Shown: positions 18,987 to 30,176 of the stretch, one piece after another
Position numbering within the stretch: position 1 is the first letter of the stretch
Layout: each line of letters starts with the position of its first letter
Assembly: GCA_037441385.1 (NCBI GenBank)
Contig: JBBISH010000006.1
Coordinates: forward strand, 1 to 64,000
Direction: 5' to 3'
Origin: Myxococcales bacterium
GTDB lineage: Bacteria > Myxococcota_A > UBA9042
Length of the DNA stretch: 64,000 nucleotides
Notes under the pieces: model-generated
What the model was told of the DNA's origin: nothing
The model's database searches: none
The model's input: the letters and a program-made list of their open reading frames with translations, nothing else
Program-made: the position numbers and the translations under genes

Positions 18987-20588
18987 CTAGGGCGATTCGC
19001 TGTCGGCTTCCTCGCGGCTGGCCTCTTCCATCGCTTGTTGAGCGCGGCCGTGGTCTTCGATCAACACCTGCAGCGCGTTGGTGCCACCGCGCGGCCAGTC
19101 GACGCCGGCGGTCACGACGAGGGCGTCGCCCGGCTGCATGCCGTATCGCTCGCGCAACACTTTGAAACCCAAGCGGCCGACCTGGCCAAGGCGATCTTGC
19201 TGCACCGGCAGATCGTCGATGTGGATGGGATGGAGACCCCAGAATAACAGGCACTTGCGGGTCGCCCGCGGATCCGTACAGAAGGTGACGATCGGCACGC
19301 CGGGGCGGTAGCGCGACACCCGCTCGGGCGTGCGGCCGGTGCGCGTAAAGCAAGCGATCGCAAAGGCCGGCAGCGACTCGGCAAACTGGGCCGCAGTCTG
19401 GGCAAAACCCACGTTGATGCGATCGATGTAGGCCAGCTCTTGCGGCGGCGGCAGCGGCGTGGGACCGCGGCGGCGGCGCTCCAACTGCCGGTAGGTCTCG
19501 GCCTTGCGCGCGATCTGATCCATCGTCTCGACGACGCGCAAAGGCCTTGAACCTACCGATGTTTCGCCCGAGAGCATCACCGCGTCGCCGCCATCCAAGA
19601 TGGCGTTGAACACGTCGGTGGCCTCGGCGCGGGTCGGCAGCGGCTGCGCGATCATCGACTCGAGCATTTGGGTCGCCACGATGCAAGGCTTGCCATGGCG
19701 CCGGGCCGCCAACACCAATTGCTTTTGCACGGCAGGGACTTCTTCGAAGCCGAGCTGCAGCCCCAGGTCGCCGCGCGCCACCATGATGCCGTCGCTGGCA
19801 CCCAGAATCGCCTCGATGTCGCGCACCGCCGCCAGGGTTTCGATCTTGGCGATCAGGCCCGGCGCGGTCTGGCCGGCCGGCAAGTGCTGGGCCATAAACG
19901 CCCGTACCCGCTGCACATCCGCCGGCGTGCGGACAAACGACAGCGCCACGAAATCGATGCCCTGCTCCAAGCTGAACTGCAGATCGCGCTGGTCCTTGGC
20001 CGGGAACGGATCCAAGTCCAAGTCGATCTCGCGCACCGTCAGGCCCTTCTTGGAGCCCAGGTTGCCGCCAGCGGTGACCCGCGCTTGGATCGCGTCGGCG
20101 GTCAAGCCCGTGACTTCGACACTCAAGTCCCCGTCGCCAAACAGGATCGTCGGCTGCGCCCCCGGGTGATCGGCCAAGAACTCCTGCAGCCCGCGGTACA
20201 GGAGCGACGCCACCGGTTCGGGCACCGGCACCTGCGGCAAGTCGCCGCCGGTCTGGGGCTGCGTGTCCGAGGCGAGCAAGATCGCGCTGCCCTCGGCCAG
20301 CGGCAGGGGGTCGCAAGCCAGCTTGCCGATACGGCATTTGGGCCCCTGAAGGTCGGCCATCACCGCCACGCGCGGCGCTTGCAGATGGGTCGGCGGCTGG
20401 TTGGCCCAGGCCAGGATCTGCCGCTCTTTGCCGTAGTCGGGGTCGGCGTGGCTCATGTTCAGCCGCAGCACGTCCACACCGGCGTCGCACAACTTGCCAA
20501 GAAAAGTGGGGTAATCGACGTCGCCGCAGCGACCGATGGTCGCGACGATACGGGTTTGACGGGCGCGCGGGCCCTGGTGTCGCTGCAT
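18987..20588 (-). CDS. pyk: Pyruvate kinase
   Basis: IVATIG, RLNMSH, DLQGPK, IAKIE, DGIMVARGDLG, ATQMLESM, PTRAEATDV, MLSGET. Confidence 0.93.
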   Translation of the reverse strand: MQRHQGPRARQTRIVATIGRCGDVDYPTFLGKLCDAGVDVLRLNMSHADPDYGKERQILAWANQPPTHLQAPRVAVMADLQGPKCRIGKLACDPLPLAEGSAILLASDTQPQTGGDLPQVPVPEPVASLLYRGLQEFLADHPGAQPTILFGDGDLSVEVTGLTADAIQARVTAGGNLGSKKGLTVREIDLDLDPFPAKDQRDLQFSLEQGIDFVALSFVRTPADVQRVRAFMAQHLPAGQTAPGLIAKIETLAAVRDIEAILGASDGIMVARGDLGLQLGFEEVPAVQKQLVLAARRHGKPCIVATQMLESMIAQPLPTRAEATDVFNAILDGGDAVMLSGETSVGSRPLRVVETMDQIARKAETYRQLERRRRGPTPLPPPQELAYIDRINVGFAQTAAQFAESLPAFAIACFTRTGRTPERVSRYRPGVPIVTFCTDPRATRKCLLFWGLHPIHIDDLPVQQDRLGQVGRLGFKVLRERYGMQPGDALVVTAGVDWPRGGTNALQVLIEDHGRAQQAMEEASREEADSESP

Positions 20589-20605
20589 GTTGGGGATTCC
20601 GTGGG

Positions 20606-21184
20606 CTATTCGATGCCCAGTAGCTCGACGTCGAACACCAGCATTCCCTGGGGCGTGCCGGGTTGGCCTTTGTAGGCAAGGGCTTCGGGGATCCAAAGTC
20701 TACGGACTTCGCCTACTTTCATGCCGGCGACGCCGTCGCGCCAGCCTTCGATGACTTGCCACAAGCCGATGTTGAGGGGCTCGCCGCGCGGCACCGAACT
20801 GTCGAACAGCTCGCCCTTGGTGGTCCAGCCGGCGTAGTGCACCACCACCTTGGAATCGCGTGTGGCCATCGCCCCTTCGGCGGCCTTGAGGATCTTGAAG
20901 GACAGGCCGGTGGCCAGCTTTTGCGCGTCGGCGGGTGGGCCAGACACGTCGCTGGGCGTGGCCGTGCCGATGCTTGGCTTGGGCCATACCGGTGCGGCGG
21001 GCGTGGCTGCGGCTTTGGGCGCGTCGGCGGCCCGCACGGGGACGTTGGCCAGCTTTTCGGCGTCGCCCTCGGGCGCGAGCTCTTGGCCGGGCTTGTCGCT
21101 GGCGACTTCGGGAGCGGAGCAGCCGATCAGGGCGAGGCAGGCGATCGACAGACAGGCGGAGCGGGAAGGAAAACGGTTGTGCAT
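20606..21184 (-). CDS. FKBP-type peptidyl-prolyl isomerase, lipoprotein
   Basis: LIGC lipobox; VHYAG, FDSS, VIEGW, IPEALAY, LVFDVELL. Confidence 0.92.
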   Translation of the reverse strand: MHNRFPSRSACLSIACLALIGCSAPEVASDKPGQELAPEGDAEKLANVPVRAADAPKAAATPAAPVWPKPSIGTATPSDVSGPPADAQKLATGLSFKILKAAEGAMATRDSKVVVHYAGWTTKGELFDSSVPRGEPLNIGLWQVIEGWRDGVAGMKVGEVRRLWIPEALAYKGQPGTPQGMLVFDVELLGIE

Positions 21185-21242
21185 GACCTGACTGTAAGTT
21201 GCGCCGCCGCCCCGTGCAAGTAGCGGGACAGACTCCTATGCT

Positions 21243-22997
21243 GTGGCGCGGGAGGTGATGGTGCAGCGGTGGGCAGCGATCGGCGTGGTGGTGGCCGTGG
21301 TGGTGGGCCTGTGGCTGGCGGTCGATCGTCCGTCGGCGCCGCGGCGGACACCCCACAACTTGGCGGCGCGCAAGAGGTTACCGCCTCCAGAGTCGCCGGC
21401 CGAGCCCCCAGCGCCCAGTCCGCCGCCGCCGCCCGCGGTGCCGGTTGACCCGTCGCCGCCCGCGCCGCACATCCAGGCCGGCAAGCTGCTGACCATCCAT
21501 CTGTCCGAGCCGCCGCAGCCTTGGTACGGCCGGCCGCAGACCGACGAGAACGACGCGCACTACGCCGAGCTGGTGGGGCAACTGAGCGGCGGGCAGGCGG
21601 TCTACGACGCCTCGCTGGGCAAAGCGGCGCGCGAATTGGTGTACCAGACCACCGAGCTCGGCGACATCGTCCCATCGGACGTGCGGGAATTCGTGGTGGC
21701 TTCGGCGGGCGGGGTGGCGGCGGACACGACCTTTCAGCAGGTGCGCACCACCTCGGACGGCCCCGAGCCGCTCAAGCAGGCGATCGAGGCGGTGGTGGCG
21801 GCGCGCGGCGACCCGCGGGTGCCGGTGCGGGTGGGGGTGGGCGAGGTCTATCGCCACGGCCTGCCCATGCCACGCCACATCGGGGTGGTGGGCACGCGGC
21901 TGGGGGTGGCGCTGCGGCCGGTGGCAGTGCGCGCGGAACCGGGCACGACGATTGCGCTTTCTGGCCGTCTGCTCGCCGACTGGAAGCACCTGGAGGCGCT
22001 GGTGCTCCGCGCCGACGGCAGCGAGGCCGAGCTGAGCGTCACCCAGCAAGGCGATCAGATTGCCCTGCAAGTGCCTGCGGGGACTGCGCTTGGTCCGCTG
22101 GACGTGGACCTGGACGGCGAGGGACCGGCCGGGCCCGGCAAGCTGGTGCAGCTGCGCTTCTGGGTGGGCCAAAACCCGCCGCAGAGCTTGACGACGCACG
22201 CCCCGGCCGACGAGACGCGGCTAAAAAGCGCAGACGAAGCCGAGGCCTACGTGCTGGCGCTGGTGAACCGCGACCGCGCCGCCTATGGGCTGCCCGCGCT
22301 GGGTTGGGACAGGCGCCTAGCCGCCGTGGCCCGCCAGCACAGCCAAGACATGCGCGATCACGGCTTTTTTGGCCACTTGTCGCCGTCGAGCGGGCTCCCC
22401 AGCGATCGCCTCAAGCGCGCTGGCTACAAGAACAGCGCCCACGCCGAAAATGTCGCCCACAACAGCACGTTGTCCGAGGCCGAGGCCGGCCTGATGCACA
22501 GCCTGGGCCACCGGCGCAACCTGCTCAGCCGCGACGTGCCCGTGCTGGGCGTGGGCGTGGCCATGCAGGGCGAGGGCGCCAAGCGACGGTTTTGGGTGAC
22601 GCAGCTGTTTGCCCGCCCGGCTCTGGACTGGTCGCCCGCGCAGATCGAAGGCAAAGTCGCCCAGTTGCTCCAGGATCAGCGCGCCGCCAAGGGTTTGGGA
22701 GCGCTCGCGGTCGATGGGCCGCTGAGCGAGGTGGCGCGCAGCGGCGCGGAACAGGCCAGCAGCGGTGCCCTGGACGGGGTGTCGCGGCGGGCCTTGGATC
22801 AGGCCAAGGAGCGCGGCCTGCTGCAGGGGCGGCTGCACGCCTTTGTGCTCTTGACCGGCGATCTGGAGAAGATCGAATTTCCAGCTGAAGTGTTCAGCGA
22901 CTCCGCGCTGTCGGTCGGTATCGGCGGCGCCAGTGAGCAGGGCGACGGGGGCCGGCTCGCTGTGATCCTGCTGACTCTGGAGCGCGTGGGGCCTTGA
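21243..22997 (+). CDS. Membrane-anchored CAP (SCP) domain protein
   Basis: N-terminal TM; LVNRDR, ARQHSQDM...FFGH, AENVA, LMHSLGHRRNLL, VTQLF. Confidence 0.8.
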   Translation: MAREVMVQRWAAIGVVVAVVVGLWLAVDRPSAPRRTPHNLAARKRLPPPESPAEPPAPSPPPPPAVPVDPSPPAPHIQAGKLLTIHLSEPPQPWYGRPQTDENDAHYAELVGQLSGGQAVYDASLGKAARELVYQTTELGDIVPSDVREFVVASAGGVAADTTFQQVRTTSDGPEPLKQAIEAVVAARGDPRVPVRVGVGEVYRHGLPMPRHIGVVGTRLGVALRPVAVRAEPGTTIALSGRLLADWKHLEALVLRADGSEAELSVTQQGDQIALQVPAGTALGPLDVDLDGEGPAGPGKLVQLRFWVGQNPPQSLTTHAPADETRLKSADEAEAYVLALVNRDRAAYGLPALGWDRRLAAVARQHSQDMRDHGFFGHLSPSSGLPSDRLKRAGYKNSAHAENVAHNSTLSEAEAGLMHSLGHRRNLLSRDVPVLGVGVAMQGEGAKRRFWVTQLFARPALDWSPAQIEGKVAQLLQDQRAAKGLGALAVDGPLSEVARSGAEQASSGALDGVSRRALDQAKERGLLQGRLHAFVLLTGDLEKIEFPAEVFSDSALSVGIGGASEQGDGGRLAVILLTLERVGP

Positions 22998-23064
22998 GGA
23001 CTGCGGCTTGACAGATCCTTGGTGGCGGGCGAACTTGACGGCCCAATTCCCTTTGGAGTCGTCC

Positions 23065-23826
23065 ATGCGTCTGCACCTTGCCGTCCCTGTGTTTGTCCTG
23101 GTCCTGGCCGCCTGCGGCAGCGACGCCACCTCGACCACTACCAGTAGTAGCGACGCGGGCGGCAGCGATACCAGCAGTGGGGCCCAGGTGCACCTGCGCG
23201 GCGTGGCCTACCGGTTTGCGCCGGGCGCGCAAGAGCGCGTGGCCGACGCGACCATCGGCGTGGTCGAGCTGCCGGGCATCTCGACCAAGACCGACGCCCA
23301 GGGCCACTACGACCTGGCCGTGCCCAAGGGCGCGACGGTGACGCCGACGATCAGCGCCGCGGGCTACCACAGTATGACGCTGCAGACCTTTGCCAACGTG
23401 CAGACGGACTTGGAGCACGTCCACTTCCAGACGCCCGACGACGGCATCTTTGCGGTCCTGTCCGGCGTGGTCGGCGTCACGCCCGACGATCAGCACTGCA
23501 TCATCGCCTCGACCACCAGCACCAAAGCGATTCAAGGGCTTACCTACGAGCAGTTCCGCGCTTTTGGCGCCCACGGCGTCGCCGACGCCACCGCCACCGG
23601 CAAGCCGGACCTGCCGCCGACGCTGTACTTCGACGCGAACACCGTGCCCGACAAGACCTTGAAGGCCACCACCGCCGACGGCGGCGTGCTTTGGACGAAC
23701 GTGCCCCCCGGCGTCTACACCATCAGCGCCAGCCACCCGACCAAGAAGTTCGCTACGTTCACCGCGACTTGCAAGGGTGGCGGCCTGGTCAACGCCAATC
23801 CGCCGTGGGGCCTGAAGGAACTTTGA
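23065..23826 (+). CDS. Lipoprotein with carboxypeptidase-regulatory-like (Cna-B-type) beta domains
   Basis: LAAC lipobox; TDAQGHY, NVPPGVYTISA; GGAG RBS. Confidence 0.7.
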   Translation: MRLHLAVPVFVLVLAACGSDATSTTTSSSDAGGSDTSSGAQVHLRGVAYRFAPGAQERVADATIGVVELPGISTKTDAQGHYDLAVPKGATVTPTISAAGYHSMTLQTFANVQTDLEHVHFQTPDDGIFAVLSGVVGVTPDDQHCIIASTTSTKAIQGLTYEQFRAFGAHGVADATATGKPDLPPTLYFDANTVPDKTLKATTADGGVLWTNVPPGVYTISASHPTKKFATFTATCKGGGLVNANPPWGLKEL

Positions 23827-23864
23827 TGGCCGCGCGGCTTGCGGTTCACGCCTCGGCCGCCTAG

Positions 23865-26434
<2,570 letters not shown>

Positions 26435-26547
26435 CGGACGCTGGGCGTTCCCGGGCCTAAATAGCCGCGACCGAGAGGGAGCGGATACACTTTGCAGTTC
26501 AAAGACTTCGATCTATCAAGCTGCCCCACTTGCCGGGAAAAGAGGCT

Positions 26548-26576
26548 TGCCCAACCCGCAGGCCCCGGCTACCCTG
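26548..26576 (+). promoter_or_regulatory. Putative sigma70-type promoter of hicB
   Basis: TTGCCC-N17-TACCCT about 46 bp upstream of the hicB ATG. Confidence 0.45.
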
Positions 26577-26622
26577 AATCCAGGCGTGGGGTTTGATCTC
26601 GCCCCGTGTGAAGGGAATTGTC

Positions 26623-26847
26623 ATGAACGCCCGCACCCTGCCCACCCTGACGATCGTTTTTGAACCCGGCGAGGACGGCGGCTGGGTCGCCAGTATTCCT
26701 GAGGTCCCAGGCGTGGTTTCACAGGGGCATACCAAGGATCAGGCGCGCGACAATGTGATCGACGCGTTGCGGGAGATGATGGCGTATCGGCACGACCGGG
26801 CGGTGAGCGCCGGCCGAGTGGAGTACGAGGCGTTGTCGTTGTCGTAG
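26623..26847 (+). CDS. hicB: HicB-family antitoxin (short, no DNA-binding domain)
   Basis: EPGEDGGWVASIPEVPGVVSQGHT..QA..NVIDAL. Confidence 0.88.
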   Translation: MNARTLPTLTIVFEPGEDGGWVASIPEVPGVVSQGHTKDQARDNVIDALREMMAYRHDRAVSAGRVEYEALSLS

Positions 26848-26849
26848 CC

Positions 26850-26891
26850 GCTCCCGCTCCTGCTCCTGCTCCTGCTCCTGCTCCCGCTCCC
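26850..26891 (+). repeat. Hexamer tandem repeat (GCTCCY)x7
   Basis: Read directly between the hicB and hicA stop codons. Confidence 0.9.
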
Positions 26892-26897
26892 GTGTAT

Positions 26898-27092
26898 TCA
26901 GTCGCCCGCCGGTGCCGGGATTTCTAGCTGCTGGCAAATGATTTTCACGAGTTTGCGATCGATGTCGGGGTGGCGCGGCACCGTGGTGGCTTTGCCGGTC
27001 GCCGCATTCTCGAAGATCGAGTGACTGCTGCCCTCGCGGACCAGCGAGCAGCCGTGTTGGCGCAGGTATCGCTCGAATTTGCTGCGTTTCAA
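26898..27092 (-). CDS. hicA: HicA-family mRNA interferase toxin
   Basis: LRQHGC...REGSSH.IF.N......TVPRH..I...LV..ICQQL; TTG start with GGAGAGAGG RBS. Confidence 0.88.
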   Translation of the reverse strand: MKRSKFERYLRQHGCSLVREGSSHSIFENAATGKATTVPRHPDIDRKLVKIICQQLEIPAPAGD

Positions 27093-27140
27093 GTCGATGC
27101 CCTCTCTCCATTAGCTGGCCGGCGGGTAGGATCCACCGGG

Positions 27141-28202
27141 CTACGGCCCCGCAACGATCGGGATCGTGCCTTGGTTGCTGAGGCCGACGCTGCCGTACGT
27201 GTAGGAAGCGTAAGCGCCAGGTCCGCTCTGGCCGTTTTGCGGCGTGTAGGTGACCTGCAGCTCGGTGCACTTTTGGGGTGCGAGCGCGAGCAGCGCCTGC
27301 GCATAGCCCAACGAGTCGAGGAGTTCGGCCTTGTAGTTGGCGTTGGCCTTGGCCTGGTCTGTAGGGTTGCTGGCCACGACCCCTGCGTTCTGCACCTTGA
27401 CGGGCGGCGGACCGTTGTTGCAGATCGTGCACTTGGCGGAGCCCGCCACCGGATTGGGGAAGGAATACTCCAGCTTGCCACCGGGGCCGCCGCAAGTGAC
27501 CGTGATGGTCGCCGGTTGCTGCATTACGGCGTCGAGCGCTGCCGCGCACGCGCTGGGTTGGCCGCTGGTCAGCACCACCAAGGTCGCTTGTTCGTTGCCG
27601 GGAGTGGAGTCGGGGGTGTACTTCACGCAGGTCTTCAGGGATTGGCTGCCGTCGACGTTGCCGGTCGTACCCACCCCAGCGATCGTGTCCCCGCTGTTCG
27701 GTTGCTCGGTGAGGGTGTATTGGGCGTTGACCGGGTCGATGGCGGCGCCGGTGAACGACAGCTGTGTGTTGCCGGTGTTGCGCAAGCTGAAGCAGGCTGT
27801 CTGCGGGTTGGACGCAGTCACGTTGGTGAACGTGAAGGCGGCGGGTTCGATATGGCACCCCGCAGCCAGGCCGCTGGACTTTCCGTCGCTCGGCGAGGCA
27901 TCCGCGCTGGAGCCGGCGTCCGGTCCGCTGCACTTGGCCGACCCGGCCACGGCTGTGCACGTTCGGCCCCCGGTGCACGCGACCACAGTCTGCCAGGTGC
28001 CGTTGCTGCAGGTGAGCACGGCCGCATCACTGCCGGCGTAGCCGCACGCCGAGCCGCCTGGGCCGGAGCACGCGGCGCCGACAACGACACCGTGGGTCGG
28101 CGAGGCTGCGCCGGCCGCGGCGGCACCACAGCCGGTGAGCAAGAGCAGGATAGGTAGGGCCGTTGAAGACCAGCGGTCTACCCGCGAGAAGAAGGCGTTC
28201 AT
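27141..28202 (-). CDS. Cys-containing lipoprotein with Ig-like (ASH/choice-of-anchor D-like) domains
   Basis: LTGC lipobox; FTFTNV...FSLRNTGNTQLSF; V.YTP motifs twice. Confidence 0.7.
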   Translation of the reverse strand: MNAFFSRVDRWSSTALPILLLLTGCGAAAAGAASPTHGVVVGAACSGPGGSACGYAGSDAAVLTCSNGTWQTVVACTGGRTCTAVAGSAKCSGPDAGSSADASPSDGKSSGLAAGCHIEPAAFTFTNVTASNPQTACFSLRNTGNTQLSFTGAAIDPVNAQYTLTEQPNSGDTIAGVGTTGNVDGSQSLKTCVKYTPDSTPGNEQATLVVLTSGQPSACAAALDAVMQQPATITVTCGGPGGKLEYSFPNPVAGSAKCTICNNGPPPVKVQNAGVVASNPTDQAKANANYKAELLDSLGYAQALLALAPQKCTELQVTYTPQNGQSGPGAYASYTYGSVGLSNQGTIPIVAGP

Positions 28203-28328
28203 GCCGATCGACTGTACCCCCAGACCGCCGAACCTGCCAGCCAAACCGGCTGGTACGCTCCCCGCAGCGTCGGCATCGGCGACTTGCCCTTCACCGACAC
28301 CCGCTGCCCACGGCTGGCTCTGATACCG

Positions 28329-28408
28329 GTCTCACCTGAGACTGTGATATCGGCATCACGAATAGAAATGCCTGAAAACAAACAAGTTCATCTTGGCACG
28401 CTCCTTGC
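28329..28408 (+). promoter_or_regulatory. sigma54 (-24/-12) promoter with upstream palindromic activator site
   Basis: TGGCACGCTCCTTGC at 28394-28408 matches TGGCACG-N4-TTGC; palindrome GTCTCA-CC-TGAGAC at 28329-28342; AT-rich spacer between them. Confidence 0.75.
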
Positions 28409-28452
28409 GTTGACGTCCCCGTGGCCGCCCCATGGCCGCCATGAGGAACCCG

Positions 28453-29148
28453 ATGGACGAGCTGCGCCCGCCACACCCCACCGCCCTTCTCAGCCCGGAA
28501 GAGCGGAGCCTGTACGAGCACTTGGCCCAATGGCGCCGCGAGCGCGCCCGCGAGAACGACGTGCCGCCCTTTCATGTCCTGACCAACCGCACGCTTGTTG
28601 ACTTGGCGCAGCGGCGGCCGGGCAACCCGGCCACGTTGCTGCAGATCTTTGGCATCGGCCCGGCCAAGGCGCACACTTGGGGCGAAGCAGTGCTAGCGGT
28701 ACTGCGGCACGCGGCCCGCGAGCTGGGATTGGCCGTCTGCGAGGATCCGCGCGAGCTGCCCGCGTCGCAGGTGGTGTCGCGTGCCACGCGCCGCCGCACC
28801 GATGCCGAGTCGGTGGCCGAGGCGCACCGCATTGCCGAGGTGGCGTTTGCCGCCGGCCTGCCCCTGGAGCTGACGGCGCAGCTGTGCGACCGCGCCCCGA
28901 CCACGGTGGCGGGCTGGCTGGAAGAATGGGCCGAGCGCCACCCCGAGGCCGATCTGAGCCCGTGGCTCAGCCCCGAGACGCGTCGGCAAGTGCGCACTCA
29001 GGCTGAGATTGCCGGCAGCACGCGCCTGAAGCCCCTGCGCGAGGCCCTGGGGCCCGACACGGTAAGCTACCTGGAGGTGCGACTGGCGCTGGTGGGGTTG
29101 GGCGAGCGGGCGGCGGACAAGTCCCGCCCGGCTGAGGCACTTGGTTAG
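28453..29148 (+). CDS. Stand-alone HRDC domain plus RecQ-type C-terminal HTH protein
   Basis: LYEHLAQWRRERARENDVPPFHVLTNRTL..LA...P.....LLQIFGIG..K..TWG; C-terminal LKPLREALG..VSY.EVRL. Confidence 0.8.
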   Translation: MDELRPPHPTALLSPEERSLYEHLAQWRRERARENDVPPFHVLTNRTLVDLAQRRPGNPATLLQIFGIGPAKAHTWGEAVLAVLRHAARELGLAVCEDPRELPASQVVSRATRRRTDAESVAEAHRIAEVAFAAGLPLELTAQLCDRAPTTVAGWLEEWAERHPEADLSPWLSPETRRQVRTQAEIAGSTRLKPLREALGPDTVSYLEVRLALVGLGERAADKSRPAEALG

Positions 29149-29182
29149 CTAAGTTGACTAACTCGTGAGCAGTCCGTAGTGT
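29144..29182 (+). promoter_or_regulatory. vapBC promoter with overlapping operator palindrome
   Basis: GTTAG-N9-CTAAC inverted repeat at 29144-29162 overlapping TTGACT-N17-TAGTGT. Confidence 0.6.
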
Positions 29183-29221
29183 GGCCTGTGGGCGCGCCTT
29201 TCGTGGCGCCGCGAGGTCGCC

Positions 29222-29467
29222 ATGGCCGAGGTCGTCAATATGTTCGAAGCCAAGACCCACCTGTCGCGGCTGGTCGATCGCGCCGCGGCGGGCGAGGAGA
29301 TCCTGATCGCCAAGGCCGGCAAGCCCTACGCGCGCCTGGTGCCGCTGGCCCGCCCGCCGGTCGACCGGCAACCCGGCGGCTGGCAGGGCGCCCTGTGGCT
29401 GGGCCCCGACTTCGACGCGCCGCTGCCCGACGACCTGCTCGCAGCCATGGAAGGCGGCGTCCCATGA
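29222..29467 (+). CDS. vapB: Phd/YefM-family antitoxin
   Basis: NMFEAKTHLSRLVDRAAAGEEILIAKAGKP.ARLVP ... DFDAPLP. Confidence 0.9.
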   Translation: MAEVVNMFEAKTHLSRLVDRAAAGEEILIAKAGKPYARLVPLARPPVDRQPGGWQGALWLGPDFDAPLPDDLLAAMEGGVP

Positions 29468-29841
29468 CGCGCATCCTGCTGGACACCCATGTGTTTCTGT
29501 GGTGGCGCCTGGGTGGCCGCGACCTCAGCCCGGCGGCCGTGTACGCCCTCCGCAGCGCCGACGAGGTCTACGTGAGCGTCGCCTCGGCCTGGGAAGTGGC
29601 GATCAAGCAGTCCCTGGGCCGTTTGCGCCTGGAGGCCGACTTCGAGGCCGGCATCGCCGACAGCCAGTTCCTGCCCCTGCCCATTCAGTTCAGCCACTTG
29701 CGCGAGCTCGCGCAGCTGCCGCCTCTGCACCGGGATCCCTTCGACCGGCTGCTGGTGGCGCAGGCCCGGGTCGAGCGCCTGATCGTGGTGACGCGCGATC
29801 CGCTCGTGCTGGCTTATGGGGTGGAGGCGGTTTTGGCGTAG
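29464..29841 (+). CDS. vapC: VapC PIN-domain toxin
   Basis: LLDTH, SVASAWEVAIK, HRDPFDRLLVAQA, VTRD; ATGA overlap with the antitoxin. Confidence 0.92.
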   Translation: MTRILLDTHVFLWWRLGGRDLSPAAVYALRSADEVYVSVASAWEVAIKQSLGRLRLEADFEAGIADSQFLPLPIQFSHLRELAQLPPLHRDPFDRLLVAQARVERLIVVTRDPLVLAYGVEAVLA

Positions 29842-29913
29842 GTCACGCGGTCGAACGCGAGGCGCATGGCTCAGCCCTAAGCACAAGTTCTTGTGTGGTC
29901 GGGGCGTGACGGG

Positions 29914-30174
29914 CCCTCACCCCGACGCTGCGCGTCTGCCCCGCTCTCCCGGCGCCACTGGCGCCACTCGCTCGCTTCGCTCACCGCGGGGACCCCTCCT
30001 CTCCCAACGCTTTGGGCGAGGGGCAAGATTATGAAAACTCAAGATAATTGAGTGCCGGTCCCGAGCTTCCCCAGCCAAGAGCCCCTCTCTCCGGCGCGTC
30101 GGGGAAGGGGTCCCCGCGGTCGCGCAGCGATTCCCAGAGTTCAGCGAACTCTGGGAAAGCGGGGAGGCAGACGC
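29914..30174. repeat. Inverted pair of ~93-bp REP-like units (family C) between convergent vapC and PFOR
   Basis: 29932-30024 aligns with the reverse complement of 30081-30174 (GCGTCTGCC...CCGCGGGGACCCC...GAGGGGC); CCCTCACCCC lead-in; 12-bp hairpin at 30131-30157. Confidence 0.75.
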
Positions 30175-30176
30175 CG

